Shown: in pieces, positions 56,949 to 64,000 of the stretch
Layout of the letters: every line of letters begins with the position of its first letter
Numbering within the stretch: position 1 is the first letter of the stretch
From: a virus
Direction: 5' to 3' (one strand)
DNA length: 64,000 nt
IMG/VR virus record: IMGVR_UViG_3300027741_000022
Span: 96,001 to 160,000 of that record
Program-made: the position numbers and the translations under genes
The notes under the pieces: generated by a model
The model's database searches: none
Told to the model about the DNA's origin: nothing
The model's input: only the letters and a program-made list of their open reading frames with translations

Positions 56949-57071
56949 GTTTTAGAAAAAAATTAAAAATCGAGCTTATTAATGTAAACAATAGAGCAAA
57001 TAGTAGCTGGACAAGAATTTTATTTTCTGTTATACTTCGCCTCGCCAATTACGGCTTACAGGGGAGGGAAA

Positions 57072-57269
57072 ATGGAAAAGATATTTATTGTTCTGGGTAC
57101 AGAGAATGGAATTGCGACTGTAAAACATAAGTGTTGGTTTTGTAAAAGAAAACACACGCTTCGTTATCCCTTAGATGATGTTGGAATGGAAACCAAAGTT
57201 AAACAACTTTGCAAAAAATGTGACAGTGAGTTAGAAAAATTTAAGAAGAATAATCCAGAACTTTGTTGA
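57072..57269 (+). CDS. zinc-finger-like protein
   Basis: CWFC / CKKC. Confidence 0.55.
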   Translation: MEKIFIVLGTENGIATVKHKCWFCKRKHTLRYPLDDVGMETKVKQLCKKCDSELEKFKKNNPELC

Positions 57270-57282
57270 AAGGATTCATGTC

Positions 57283-57474
57283 ATGGAAGACAGAGTTGAA
57301 TATAAAATAAGTTTGCCCAAGGAAGGTGAGCAAAAAAGTTTCAAGATAATAACTTCTGACGATGACTTCAAAGGTTCTGTTTATGTAACTGGCGATTCTA
57401 TTTACATAAATTTTGTTGGACTAACTTTGGTTCCAACTGCTGAAAAACGTAGATTCAAGGAAGTAAACTACTGA
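57283..57474 (+). CDS. hypothetical protein
   Basis: ORF. Confidence 0.55.
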   Translation: MEDRVEYKISLPKEGEQKSFKIITSDDDFKGSVYVTGDSIYINFVGLTLVPTAEKRRFKEVNY

Positions 57475-57734
57475 TGTTGCTAAAAATCAATGGAAAGATT
57501 GCTGCTAAGACTTTAAAGGGAATGAACAACAAGTATATTGTTTGTGTAAATAGCAGCTTCTTTGAAAACGCTCCTAAGTTTTTCAAATTCGATTACGATT
57601 GCTACGGGCAGCTTACAGATGTTGTTGAAACTGGGCTTATCGAAGGGCTTAAAGTGGAAAGAATAGTCCTAGACTGGCTAAAAGAAGAACAAAAAAGAAT
57701 TGTGAGCGGCAAACTTGTTCTTCAAGGGACTTAA
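57474..57734 (+). CDS. hypothetical protein
   Basis: ORF. Confidence 0.6.
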   Translation: MLLKINGKIAAKTLKGMNNKYIVCVNSSFFENAPKFFKFDYDCYGQLTDVVETGLIEGLKVERIVLDWLKEEQKRIVSGKLVLQGT

Positions 57735-57913
57735 TGATGTGGGTGGTTATTATCGTTTGCGTTCTTTATTCATACTTTTTGATGACTTGCGACCAAATTA
57801 GGGACAATCTTTTGCAAAAAGTGGCGGAAAATCCCGACGTTTTAAGTGAAAAGAACCAAAAATCCCACGGATTTTCACCAATATTTTTTTAATATTCTCT
57901 TTTACAGATACAG

Positions 57914-57931
57914 GTTTCTTTCTGGTACGCT
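57914..57931 (+). promoter_or_regulatory. conserved promoter-like motif copy 13
   Basis: GTTTCTTTCTGGTACGCT. Confidence 0.6.
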
Positions 57932-58164
57932 AATGTTGTGGGCAGGAAAAGCCCGTTTGATGGATAGATAAGCATACCCATTTTGGAGGATGATATATGG
58001 TCGGATACAACAAGTTGGTAGCTATTATCATGCAGAACTATCGTGACAATGGCAAGACTATCAGTATGTCTGAGGCTCGTAAGCTCGCTGATAAGGTAGG
58101 CAAGAAGGTTGATCTTAACAATGACGATCAGATTCTTATTGCCGCTAAGAAGGCTTAATCCTCC

Positions 58165-58425
58165 ATGTCAACAGAACTACTATCATCTTTTGATGATGCT
58201 CTCAATCAGTATAAAACTGCTTTGAGCAATCACGATTGGTACTATAGCTGGTCTGATGATAACATTGTTTATGTTGCCGGGAGAAACAACCTTAGTCGTC
58301 TGCATAAACTTGCAGAAGAAAATGGAATTGCTTTTAAAATTGCGTATAACGAAGAACACGCAAAGCATTTTAATAACGAAACCTTTAATGGTGATCGTGA
58401 TTATGTTTCTCCTTTTGAAGTTTAA
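58165..58425 (+). CDS. hypothetical protein (ELLSSF)
   Basis: HDWYYSWSDD motif. Confidence 0.65.
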   Translation: MSTELLSSFDDALNQYKTALSNHDWYYSWSDDNIVYVAGRNNLSRLHKLAEENGIAFKIAYNEEHAKHFNNETFNGDRDYVSPFEV

Positions 58426-58520
58426 TTGATCCACCCGCAAGGGGCGACAAAACTCAATACAAATCGCCCGTCAGCAAAACAACCCTCACGCTGAAAACCG
58501 GATAATCCCCCTTATTCGGG

Positions 58521-58559
58521 CGGCACATATCTTATATTCTTAGGATATGTGCCGTTTTT
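58521..58559 (+). terminator. intrinsic terminator
   Basis: CGGCACATATC / GATATGTGCCG then TTTTT. Confidence 0.7.
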
Positions 58560-58574
58560 ATTTAACATATAAAA

Positions 58575-58811
58575 ATGAAATACGGAAATTGTTTGATTGG
58601 TGCCTTGGTTTTACTTTATATTGAACGGCACAATAATCCAAAATTTATTGTTCGTTCAAGACCACAAACATTTGTTCCTCATTTTATGGTGTGGTCAAAT
58701 ACTGGTTTGCATCACTACAAAACAAAAAAAGACTTATTGCCCTTTCCTTTTTGTTACTTTATTTTTAACGGCGAGTTTAAAACAACCAATAGAAAATTGA
58801 ATAAAGTATGA
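58575..58811 (+). CDS. hypothetical protein
   Basis: ORF. Confidence 0.55.
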   Translation: MKYGNCLIGALVLLYIERHNNPKFIVRSRPQTFVPHFMVWSNTGLHHYKTKKDLLPFPFCYFIFNGEFKTTNRKLNKV

Positions 58812-58813
58812 CA

Positions 58814-58831
58814 GACTGTTCGTGGTACGCT
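58814..58831 (+). promoter_or_regulatory. promoter-like motif variant, copy 14
   Basis: CTGTTCGTGGTACGCT. Confidence 0.55.
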
Positions 58832-58875
58832 CTCAGGGTGTTGGGACACAATTCTTTCACAGAGAGGTTTTAGAT

Positions 58876-59298
58876 ATGTTTTTCGATATTTACCGCGATC
58901 ATTTGGACTACGATAAGCCGGTTGATTCTACTCGCAGCTACAACGAGCGTAATTTCTACGCCCCCAAAAAGCGTGTGAGCAAGCTGCATATCCGCCACAA
59001 GAAGTTCGTTGATACCATTAAGGACGTTTTTGCTCGTGGCGGCAATTATGCCGACGTTGCAAACGAGTTGATGATTACGCCAAGTGCGGTGTATAGTAGG
59101 GTTAAGAAACTCAAGGCGGCTGGTGATACAAGCCTTCCTGCAATTAGCGTTAGGAGTCGTGATACTGCTGATGAGGCGGTTTCGATTCTTGGTGAGCTGG
59201 GGCTTGAGGTTGATTATGCTCCGGTTGATATGCCTGAAATGAACGCAAGTGTTGTTGGTGAAGCTAACGACATTCTTAAAGAACTTGGTTTGGGTTAA
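58876..59298 (+). CDS. helix-turn-helix DNA-binding protein
   Basis: VANELMITPSAVYSRVKKLKAAG. Confidence 0.7.
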   Translation: MFFDIYRDHLDYDKPVDSTRSYNERNFYAPKKRVSKLHIRHKKFVDTIKDVFARGGNYADVANELMITPSAVYSRVKKLKAAGDTSLPAISVRSRDTADEAVSILGELGLEVDYAPVDMPEMNASVVGEANDILKELGLG

Positions 59299-59301
59299 GT
59301 T

Positions 59302-59342
59302 TTTACTCCCCGCCCATTTAATCGTAATGGGCGGGGAGTAAA
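59302..59342. terminator. intrinsic terminator (possibly bidirectional)
   Basis: TTTACTCCCCGCCCATT / AATGGGCGGGGAGTAAA. Confidence 0.75.
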
Positions 59343-59353
59343 TCTTCTTCTTT

Positions 59354-59731
59354 ATGTATACAGTTATTGTTATCAAAGACGATAAAAACGAACTCGAATT
59401 TGGTAAACAATTTTGTGTTGAAGTTGAAGTTGAAGTAGACTATTCGTTCCCAAGTTATGACGAATGGGAGTCTAATTCTGATTTAATAATCAATGAAACC
59501 CTGGTGAACTATCTTTTTTTGACTCCATTAAATCCAAACAAAAAACTTCTTCAAAGTTTTGAAAACAATGAAGAAGATATTTGGGAAAATCTTGAAAAGG
59601 AAAAACAAGAAAAGATTTATTCTTGGGTCGCAGAGAAGATTAAGACCAAAGAAATTAAAGATGAACTTATCGAAGATGCCGTTGACGAATATGTAAATTA
59701 TCAAGAAAGAAAAGCAGAGGGAGAATACTAA
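59354..59731 (+). CDS. acidic hypothetical protein, tandem family member 1
   Basis: FxVEVEVDY core shared with next two. Confidence 0.65.
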   Translation: MYTVIVIKDDKNELEFGKQFCVEVEVEVDYSFPSYDEWESNSDLIINETLVNYLFLTPLNPNKKLLQSFENNEEDIWENLEKEKQEKIYSWVAEKIKTKEIKDELIEDAVDEYVNYQERKAEGEY

Positions 59732-60156
59732 TGGCTCAGATTAGTCTTATTGATGAGAATGGCGATTTGGGGTTTGGCGAAGAATTTAATGTTGAATTTG
59801 AAGTAGAGGTTGAGTATACGGTTGAACCCTATATTCCCGAAAGTTATTATGGCCCAGCAGAAGGTGGTAATTTAGAAATCAATGGATATGATTTTAAAAT
59901 GAAAATCACCCCTGCTGATAATTCGGACAAGAATAAAATGCTTGAATCTTTTTTCAATTATGATACTCTGAACGAGGAAAAGAAAAAAGAAATTAATGAC
60001 TGGATTTCAAATAAACTGGCTGGCGATTGGGTGAGAGACAAGTTGATTGACCATGCTGAAAGTATGGCTCAGGATTATGATGACTCAGAACGGGATGATT
60101 ATGATGAAGGTGGTAGTTGCCATATTTATGAAAATGATGGAGATGATTACCTATGA
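59731..60156 (+). CDS. acidic hypothetical protein, tandem family member 2
   Basis: VEYTVEPYIPESYYGPAEGG. Confidence 0.65.
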   Translation: MAQISLIDENGDLGFGEEFNVEFEVEVEYTVEPYIPESYYGPAEGGNLEINGYDFKMKITPADNSDKNKMLESFFNYDTLNEEKKKEINDWISNKLAGDWVRDKLIDHAESMAQDYDDSERDDYDEGGSCHIYENDGDDYL

Positions 60157-60521
60157 GCGAAGTTATTATTGAAAGCGATGAAGGTGCATTGTTTGGTGAT
60201 CTTACTGCAAGTTTTATTTGCGATGTAGATTACACCTATGTTCCTTATGAGCCGGAAACTGAATACTCCCCAGAAGAAGGTGGTTATACTCAAGTTGATG
60301 GTTTTACTTTTAAAATGACTGTTGAAAGTGAAAATGAAAAAAATAATTTGCTTGGAAGTTTTATTCGATTTGAAGATTTGAGTGAAGAAAAGCAAAAAGA
60401 AATCACTCAATGGGTTTCTAAATATCTTGAGTCTTATTTTGAAAGTGAAGATAAAAGAGACTATTGCCAAGACTATGACGATAGTGAAAGATATTCAGAA
60501 AGATATTATGATGACTATTGA
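60153..60521 (+). CDS. acidic hypothetical protein, tandem family member 3
   Basis: VDYTYVPYEPETEYSPEEGG. Confidence 0.65.
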   Translation: MSEVIIESDEGALFGDLTASFICDVDYTYVPYEPETEYSPEEGGYTQVDGFTFKMTVESENEKNNLLGSFIRFEDLSEEKQKEITQWVSKYLESYFESEDKRDYCQDYDDSERYSERYYDDY

Positions 60522-60696
60522 TTTCAAGGAATTTGCAAGACAGGTTAAACTTTACTATATGTTGGAGTATGATATTGCTCCAATGTGGAGTAATAAAACG
60601 GTTAAAGATTTTGTCTTGAATTCTTTTAAAATGGACGAAACTGTTCAGGCTTGTTGCGGTACTTTGTATAATACTATTATTCACTAAGGAGAAGAT

Positions 60697-61011
60697 ATGA
60701 CCACTGTTAAGGAACTTCGTCAGAGCGGATATAAGGTTAGGGTTTTGCACCATAGGAATTACAAGACTTACAGGGTTGCAAACAATCCAAATCAATTTGT
60801 TCAAAGGGGTATTCATAACCTTGGTGGACGAACTGAAGTCATTATTGACAGCCCAACCGGGGAGCATTACGAAGGTGTTGCAATTTGTTCTAAGACTGAC
60901 AATTATAACAAAAAACTTGGAGTAAAAATTGCACTTGGACGGGCATTGTTTGGAAAAAATAACGAACTTTGTTGCGAGTATATTGAAAAAGGTTTCCTTG
61001 CGGTACGCTAG
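60697..61011 (+). CDS. conserved phage hypothetical protein
   Basis: G.A.CS..DNYNKKLG..IALGRAL. Confidence 0.65.
   Translation: MTTVKELRQSGYKVRVLHHRNYKTYRVANNPNQFVQRGIHNLGGRTEVIIDSPTGEHYEGVAICSKTDNYNKKLGVKIALGRALFGKNNELCCEYIEKGFLAVR
60992..61009 (+). promoter_or_regulatory. conserved promoter-like motif copy 15
   Basis: GTTTCCTTGCGGTACGCT. Confidence 0.6.
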
Positions 61012-61085
61012 TATTTTGTGCGACGGGCAAAACAGTTTTGCCCGGCACAATAATTTGGTTGGTTTTTATAAATGAGGTTGTAATT

Positions 61086-61334
61086 ATGGCTGGTCGTTAT
61101 CAGGGTCAGGTCGCGGTTCCGCTCAAGACGTTTATTACGGTTTGTGTCAATACGATTAAGGCTGGCGGCACTGTTAGTGCTGCTGCTACCGAGCTTAATC
61201 TGACTCCCGCCGCTGTTTCGGCTCGTATCAAGAGCCTGCGTGAGAAGGGTGTCAATTTTCCTTCTTTTGCTTCTGCCCGCAGCGGTAATGTCGCTGATGA
61301 AGCCAATGCGATTCTTGATGAGCTGATGGGTTGA
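61086..61334 (+). CDS. helix-turn-helix DNA-binding protein
   Basis: AATELNLTPAAVSARIKSLREKGV. Confidence 0.7.
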   Translation: MAGRYQGQVAVPLKTFITVCVNTIKAGGTVSAAATELNLTPAAVSARIKSLREKGVNFPSFASARSGNVADEANAILDELMG

Positions 61335-61340
61335 TTTTAA

Positions 61341-61384
61341 GGGCAGGGGGAGCGTAAAAAACTCCCCCTGCTCACTATTTTTTT
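61341..61384 (+). terminator. intrinsic terminator
   Basis: GGGCAGGGGGAG / CTCCCCCTGCTC then T-run. Confidence 0.7.
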
Positions 61385-61416
61385 GTTATGAACTAATTTT
61401 CATTAAGGAGTTTGTT

Positions 61417-61686
61417 ATGTCCACCGTACAAAAAACTGTCAAGTCTATACTTGAGTATTTTGCCAGCAAGCCTCATCACACTCAAAATGATTTTGAGCGC
61501 ATGGCTATTTTTAATGATAATTTCATGCACGAAAAGATTAAAGAATTGCGTGAGGCTTCTGAAAGGTTTAACGCTACTGGCGAGTATTCTGAATATCTTG
61601 CTATTGCTCGTAATTTTGAAGATGCAACCAAGTATATGAACGCCAGGGATTCTTATATTACTCACAATCCTGACAGGAATTATTGA
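61417..61686 (+). CDS. hypothetical protein
   Basis: ORF, AAGGAG RBS. Confidence 0.65.
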   Translation: MSTVQKTVKSILEYFASKPHHTQNDFERMAIFNDNFMHEKIKELREASERFNATGEYSEYLAIARNFEDATKYMNARDSYITHNPDRNY

Positions 61687-61982
61687 TTGTGGACTCAATC
61701 AAACTTCTTCGTGAATTGGAAGATAGCATCAAGGCTAAGGACAAGCGAATCAGCGATTTGTGTGAGCGTGTTCATTCTTTGATTAAGGTTGTTGCAACGG
61801 TTCGTCAAGGTCTTGAAAGGGGAGTTAAAACCCCAGCCTTGCTTAACAAGGCTGTATATGATAGCGTTGATTTGTGCCGAGCTAGTTATGCTTACATGGA
61901 TTATTCATCGGGTCTTAACAAAATTGATCCGCCTTTGACTGAGGCTGAAAAGACTTTGCCTGAATTTAAAAAGGAAGTTTAA
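61683..61982 (+). CDS. hypothetical coiled-coil protein
   Basis: ORF. Confidence 0.6.
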   Translation: MIVDSIKLLRELEDSIKAKDKRISDLCERVHSLIKVVATVRQGLERGVKTPALLNKAVYDSVDLCRASYAYMDYSSGLNKIDPPLTEAEKTLPEFKKEV

Positions 61983-62225
61983 ATGAAAATTTGCAAAGAT
62001 TGTGGCATGGTTATCAAGAGTAATTTTGAGCTTTGTGCTATTTGTCACCAAGATAGACACGACAAAAGAATTGCAAGTATTAAAGTCAATAGCGTTGATT
62101 TTAACGTTATTCAAGATGCACTTGACTTTGCAATGAACCACCATCCTAATCAGGATGTTAAAGAGTTTGAGCGTGTTTGGAAAATTTGGCTTAACAACTA
62201 TAATTGTTTCGAGGAAGTTGCATGA
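61983..62225 (+). CDS. zinc-finger-like protein
   Basis: CKDCG / CAICH. Confidence 0.6.
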   Translation: MKICKDCGMVIKSNFELCAICHQDRHDKRIASIKVNSVDFNVIQDALDFAMNHHPNQDVKEFERVWKIWLNNYNCFEEVA

Positions 62226-62392
62226 AAAATATAACAAAAATTAAAGAGCTTATTGAAATTAGAGAACGGCTAAAAGAAATTGCAAGAACAGTTGAATACT
62301 TAGCCGGATCTATTGAAGTGGTTGCTAAAGAAATTTATGACGATCAACAACCTGTTCGTGGTACGCTAGTTGGTAGAGAGGGAAACCAATGA
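62222..62392 (+). CDS. hypothetical coiled-coil protein
   Basis: ORF. Confidence 0.5.
   Translation: MKNITKIKELIEIRERLKEIARTVEYLAGSIEVVAKEIYDDQQPVRGTLVGREGNQ
62351..62367 (+). promoter_or_regulatory. promoter-like motif variant, copy 16
   Basis: CCTGTTCGTGGTACGCT. Confidence 0.55.
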
Positions 62393-62736
62393 CTACAGAC
62401 ACAATGATTGACAATTCAAACGATTTAATGGACGCTTCAATTGAAAACAAGGACGATGAAATGTTTGATTTTCTCGGTGCAATTTTTGGTCTTGGCGATG
62501 AGCCAAAGAGTAAGGGTGTTCGCATCCCGCTTCAAGTTTTCTTGAAGTCGTATGTTGATGTTGCTCGTAAGGGCGGCAATAGCGTTGATGTTGCGAATGA
62601 TTTGGGCATTAGCCCCCAAGCTGTTCGTCAGCGTGCTGGTAAGCTGATTCGTCAGGGTGTTAAGCTGCCTAAATTAGGTAATATCTGCCGTAGTGATTTG
62701 GTGGCAGAAGCAAATAAAATCGTTGAAACTCTTTGA
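62389..62736 (+). CDS. helix-turn-helix DNA-binding protein
   Basis: VANDLGISPQAVRQRAGKLIRQGV. Confidence 0.7.
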   Translation: MTTDTMIDNSNDLMDASIENKDDEMFDFLGAIFGLGDEPKSKGVRIPLQVFLKSYVDVARKGGNSVDVANDLGISPQAVRQRAGKLIRQGVKLPKLGNICRSDLVAEANKIVETL

Positions 62737-63059
62737 GTTTTATTTATAATCCCCAAGTGGTTAATTCCACTCTGGGGATTTTCTATTTTAAGAAAAAAAT
62801 AATGAAAATTTTTAAGGAAGAACTTTTAAAAGTTGTCGGAGACATTCTTTGTGATGTTTGCAACAAGTCTTGCAAGCATGAAATGAACTTTGAATCTGCA
62901 AGGCTGGCTGTAAATTGGGGCTATGAATCAAAAAACGACGGCGATGCCTATTATGTTGATTTGTGCGAAGATTGTTTTGAACGCACACTTCAATACTTAA
63001 AAAGCATCGCCGTCGATCCAGAAAGGCTAAAGCCTAGAAACGATTTCAGGTCAGAATAG
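62733..63059 (+). CDS. zinc-finger-like hypothetical protein
   Basis: CDVC / DLCEDC. Confidence 0.6.
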   Translation: MSFIYNPQVVNSTLGIFYFKKKIMKIFKEELLKVVGDILCDVCNKSCKHEMNFESARLAVNWGYESKNDGDAYYVDLCEDCFERTLQYLKSIAVDPERLKPRNDFRSE

Positions 63060-63336
63060 CTTTGATAGACTGTGGCTCCATAAGAACCTTGTCTCTTTCA
63101 CTTGAATCGTAATTTGGTACAGGAACACCGTTACCAGATAGTAAAACCCTATCGCCTACTTTTAGTCCATAATTTTCGCTAACCAAGGAACCTAAAGCTA
63201 AGATAACTGCTTGAAATTCCTTCATTGTCTTTGATTCGTTGCTGAGGATAAGTTTAGTTCCAAGCATTTCTTGAGCGGTTAAAAGTTCAAGTAGTATTTG
63301 GTTTCCAATTGGGGTACACTTAGTCACTGGTTTCAT
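63046..63336 (-). CDS. groES: GroES/Cpn10-like co-chaperonin
   Basis: P.GNQILLE...AVILALG....LKVGDRVL....I.AIL. Confidence 0.7.
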   Translation of the reverse strand: MKPVTKCTPIGNQILLELLTAQEMLGTKLILSNESKTMKEFQAVILALGSLVSENYGLKVGDRVLLSGNGVPVPNYDSSERDKVLMEPQSIKAILT

Positions 63337-63388
63337 GTTTTTCTTTCTGTTTTAAAGGTCATTCTAACATAGTTAAAAGGATTTAAAA

Positions 63389-63595
63389 ATGTCAAAGTTC
63401 TTTTTCAATATTTTGCTTTGGATTGTTGGTGTTATTGGCGGCGAAGAAACAACAAGCAAAGAGTTTTCTGACATTCAAGCTAGGGGCAAGTGTCGGCAGA
63501 TTATTGTGGAAAATAACACTGTTAAGATTAAGTTTCTTAGCAAGGAAGATGCTGATATTTTTGCCAAAGATCTTAAAAGTTTAATTAATAATTAA
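63389..63595 (+). CDS. hypothetical protein
   Basis: ORF. Confidence 0.55.
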   Translation: MSKFFFNILLWIVGVIGGEETTSKEFSDIQARGKCRQIIVENNTVKIKFLSKEDADIFAKDLKSLINN

Positions 63596-63624
63596 CACAT
63601 AATCTAAAATCAAAACAAACTTTG

Positions 63625-63659
63625 AACCCCACTTAGGCTTGTCTTAAGTGGGGTTTTTT
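63625..63659 (+). terminator. intrinsic terminator
   Basis: AACCCCACTTAG / TTAAGTGGGGTT then T-run. Confidence 0.7.
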
Positions 63660-63695
63660 GTTGAATTTTTGCTTAAAATTGTTTATAATATGAGA

Positions 63696-64000
63696 ATGAC
63701 ACTTATATTAAACTTTTTTGGCGGTCCTGGTTCTGGTAAAAGCACACTTGCTGCTGGTGTGTTTTATAAATTGAAAACAAACATGTATAATGTTGAACTT
63801 GTTACTGAGTTTGCCAAAGATTTAGTATGGGAAAAAAGAAGCAGTGCGTTAAAATGTCAGCCGTTTGTATTTGGGCAACAACTTCACAAAATTGAAAAAA
63901 TAGTAGGACAAGCAGATATTATAGTCACAGATTCGCCCATACTATTGAGCACAATATATAGTCAGAATTATCCAATATCATTTCTTCACTCTGTTGTTGA
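63696..64000 (+). CDS. P-loop ATPase/kinase (NadR/AAA_28-like), 3'-truncated by window
   Basis: manual translation NFFGGPGSGKST...VTEFAKDLVWE...IVTDSP. Confidence 0.75.
   Translation, partial: MTLILNFFGGPGSGKSTLAAGVFYKLKTNMYNVELVTEFAKDLVWEKRSSALKCQPFVFGQQLHKIEKIVGQADIIVTDSPILLSTIYSQNYPISFLHSVV

Noticed and set aside
4206-62619. Numerous minus-strand ORFs of 60-210 aa in the ORF track
   Set aside because: They are antisense shadows of well-supported + strand genes, with no motifs or RBS.
1-64000. Stop-codon reassignment (alternative genetic code)
   Set aside because: Genes tile densely and end cleanly at TAA, TGA and TAG, and no suppressor tRNA was seen.

Overview
This is a 64-kb, AT-rich segment of a large dsDNA bacteriophage genome (T4-like/jumbo style). 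It is densely packed with small, mostly + strand genes of unknown function and reads in the standard genetic code. The main feature is a TIGR-Tas-type locus: a 304-aa Nop/IS110-related protein with no recognisable nuclease domain (18424-19338, TasA-like). Directly after it is an array of 46 units of about 36 nt (19333-20993), each GAGTGAACCA-N8-GATTTTAACA-N8. The window also holds seven tRNA genes: four with ORF-less group I introns, one (Asn) interrupted by a 65-nt tRNA-like insert, and two uninterrupted. Other recognisable genes are a tmRNA, three free-standing homing-type endonucleases beside the tRNA loci, TilS, an acyl carrier protein, a QueC-like ATPase, RNase H, a metallophosphoesterase, methyltransferases, a PcfJ-like protein and a GroES-like protein. 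Unexplained patterns include a conserved 18-bp promoter-like motif (GTTTCCTCCCGGTACGCT, 16 copies) and a recurring K-x-L-L-x-S/T-F peptide in about 25 unrelated small proteins. Five proteins carry N-termini resembling the T4 capsid-targeting sequence, and there is a four-member HTH family. All calls come from manual reading of motifs; no database searches were run.
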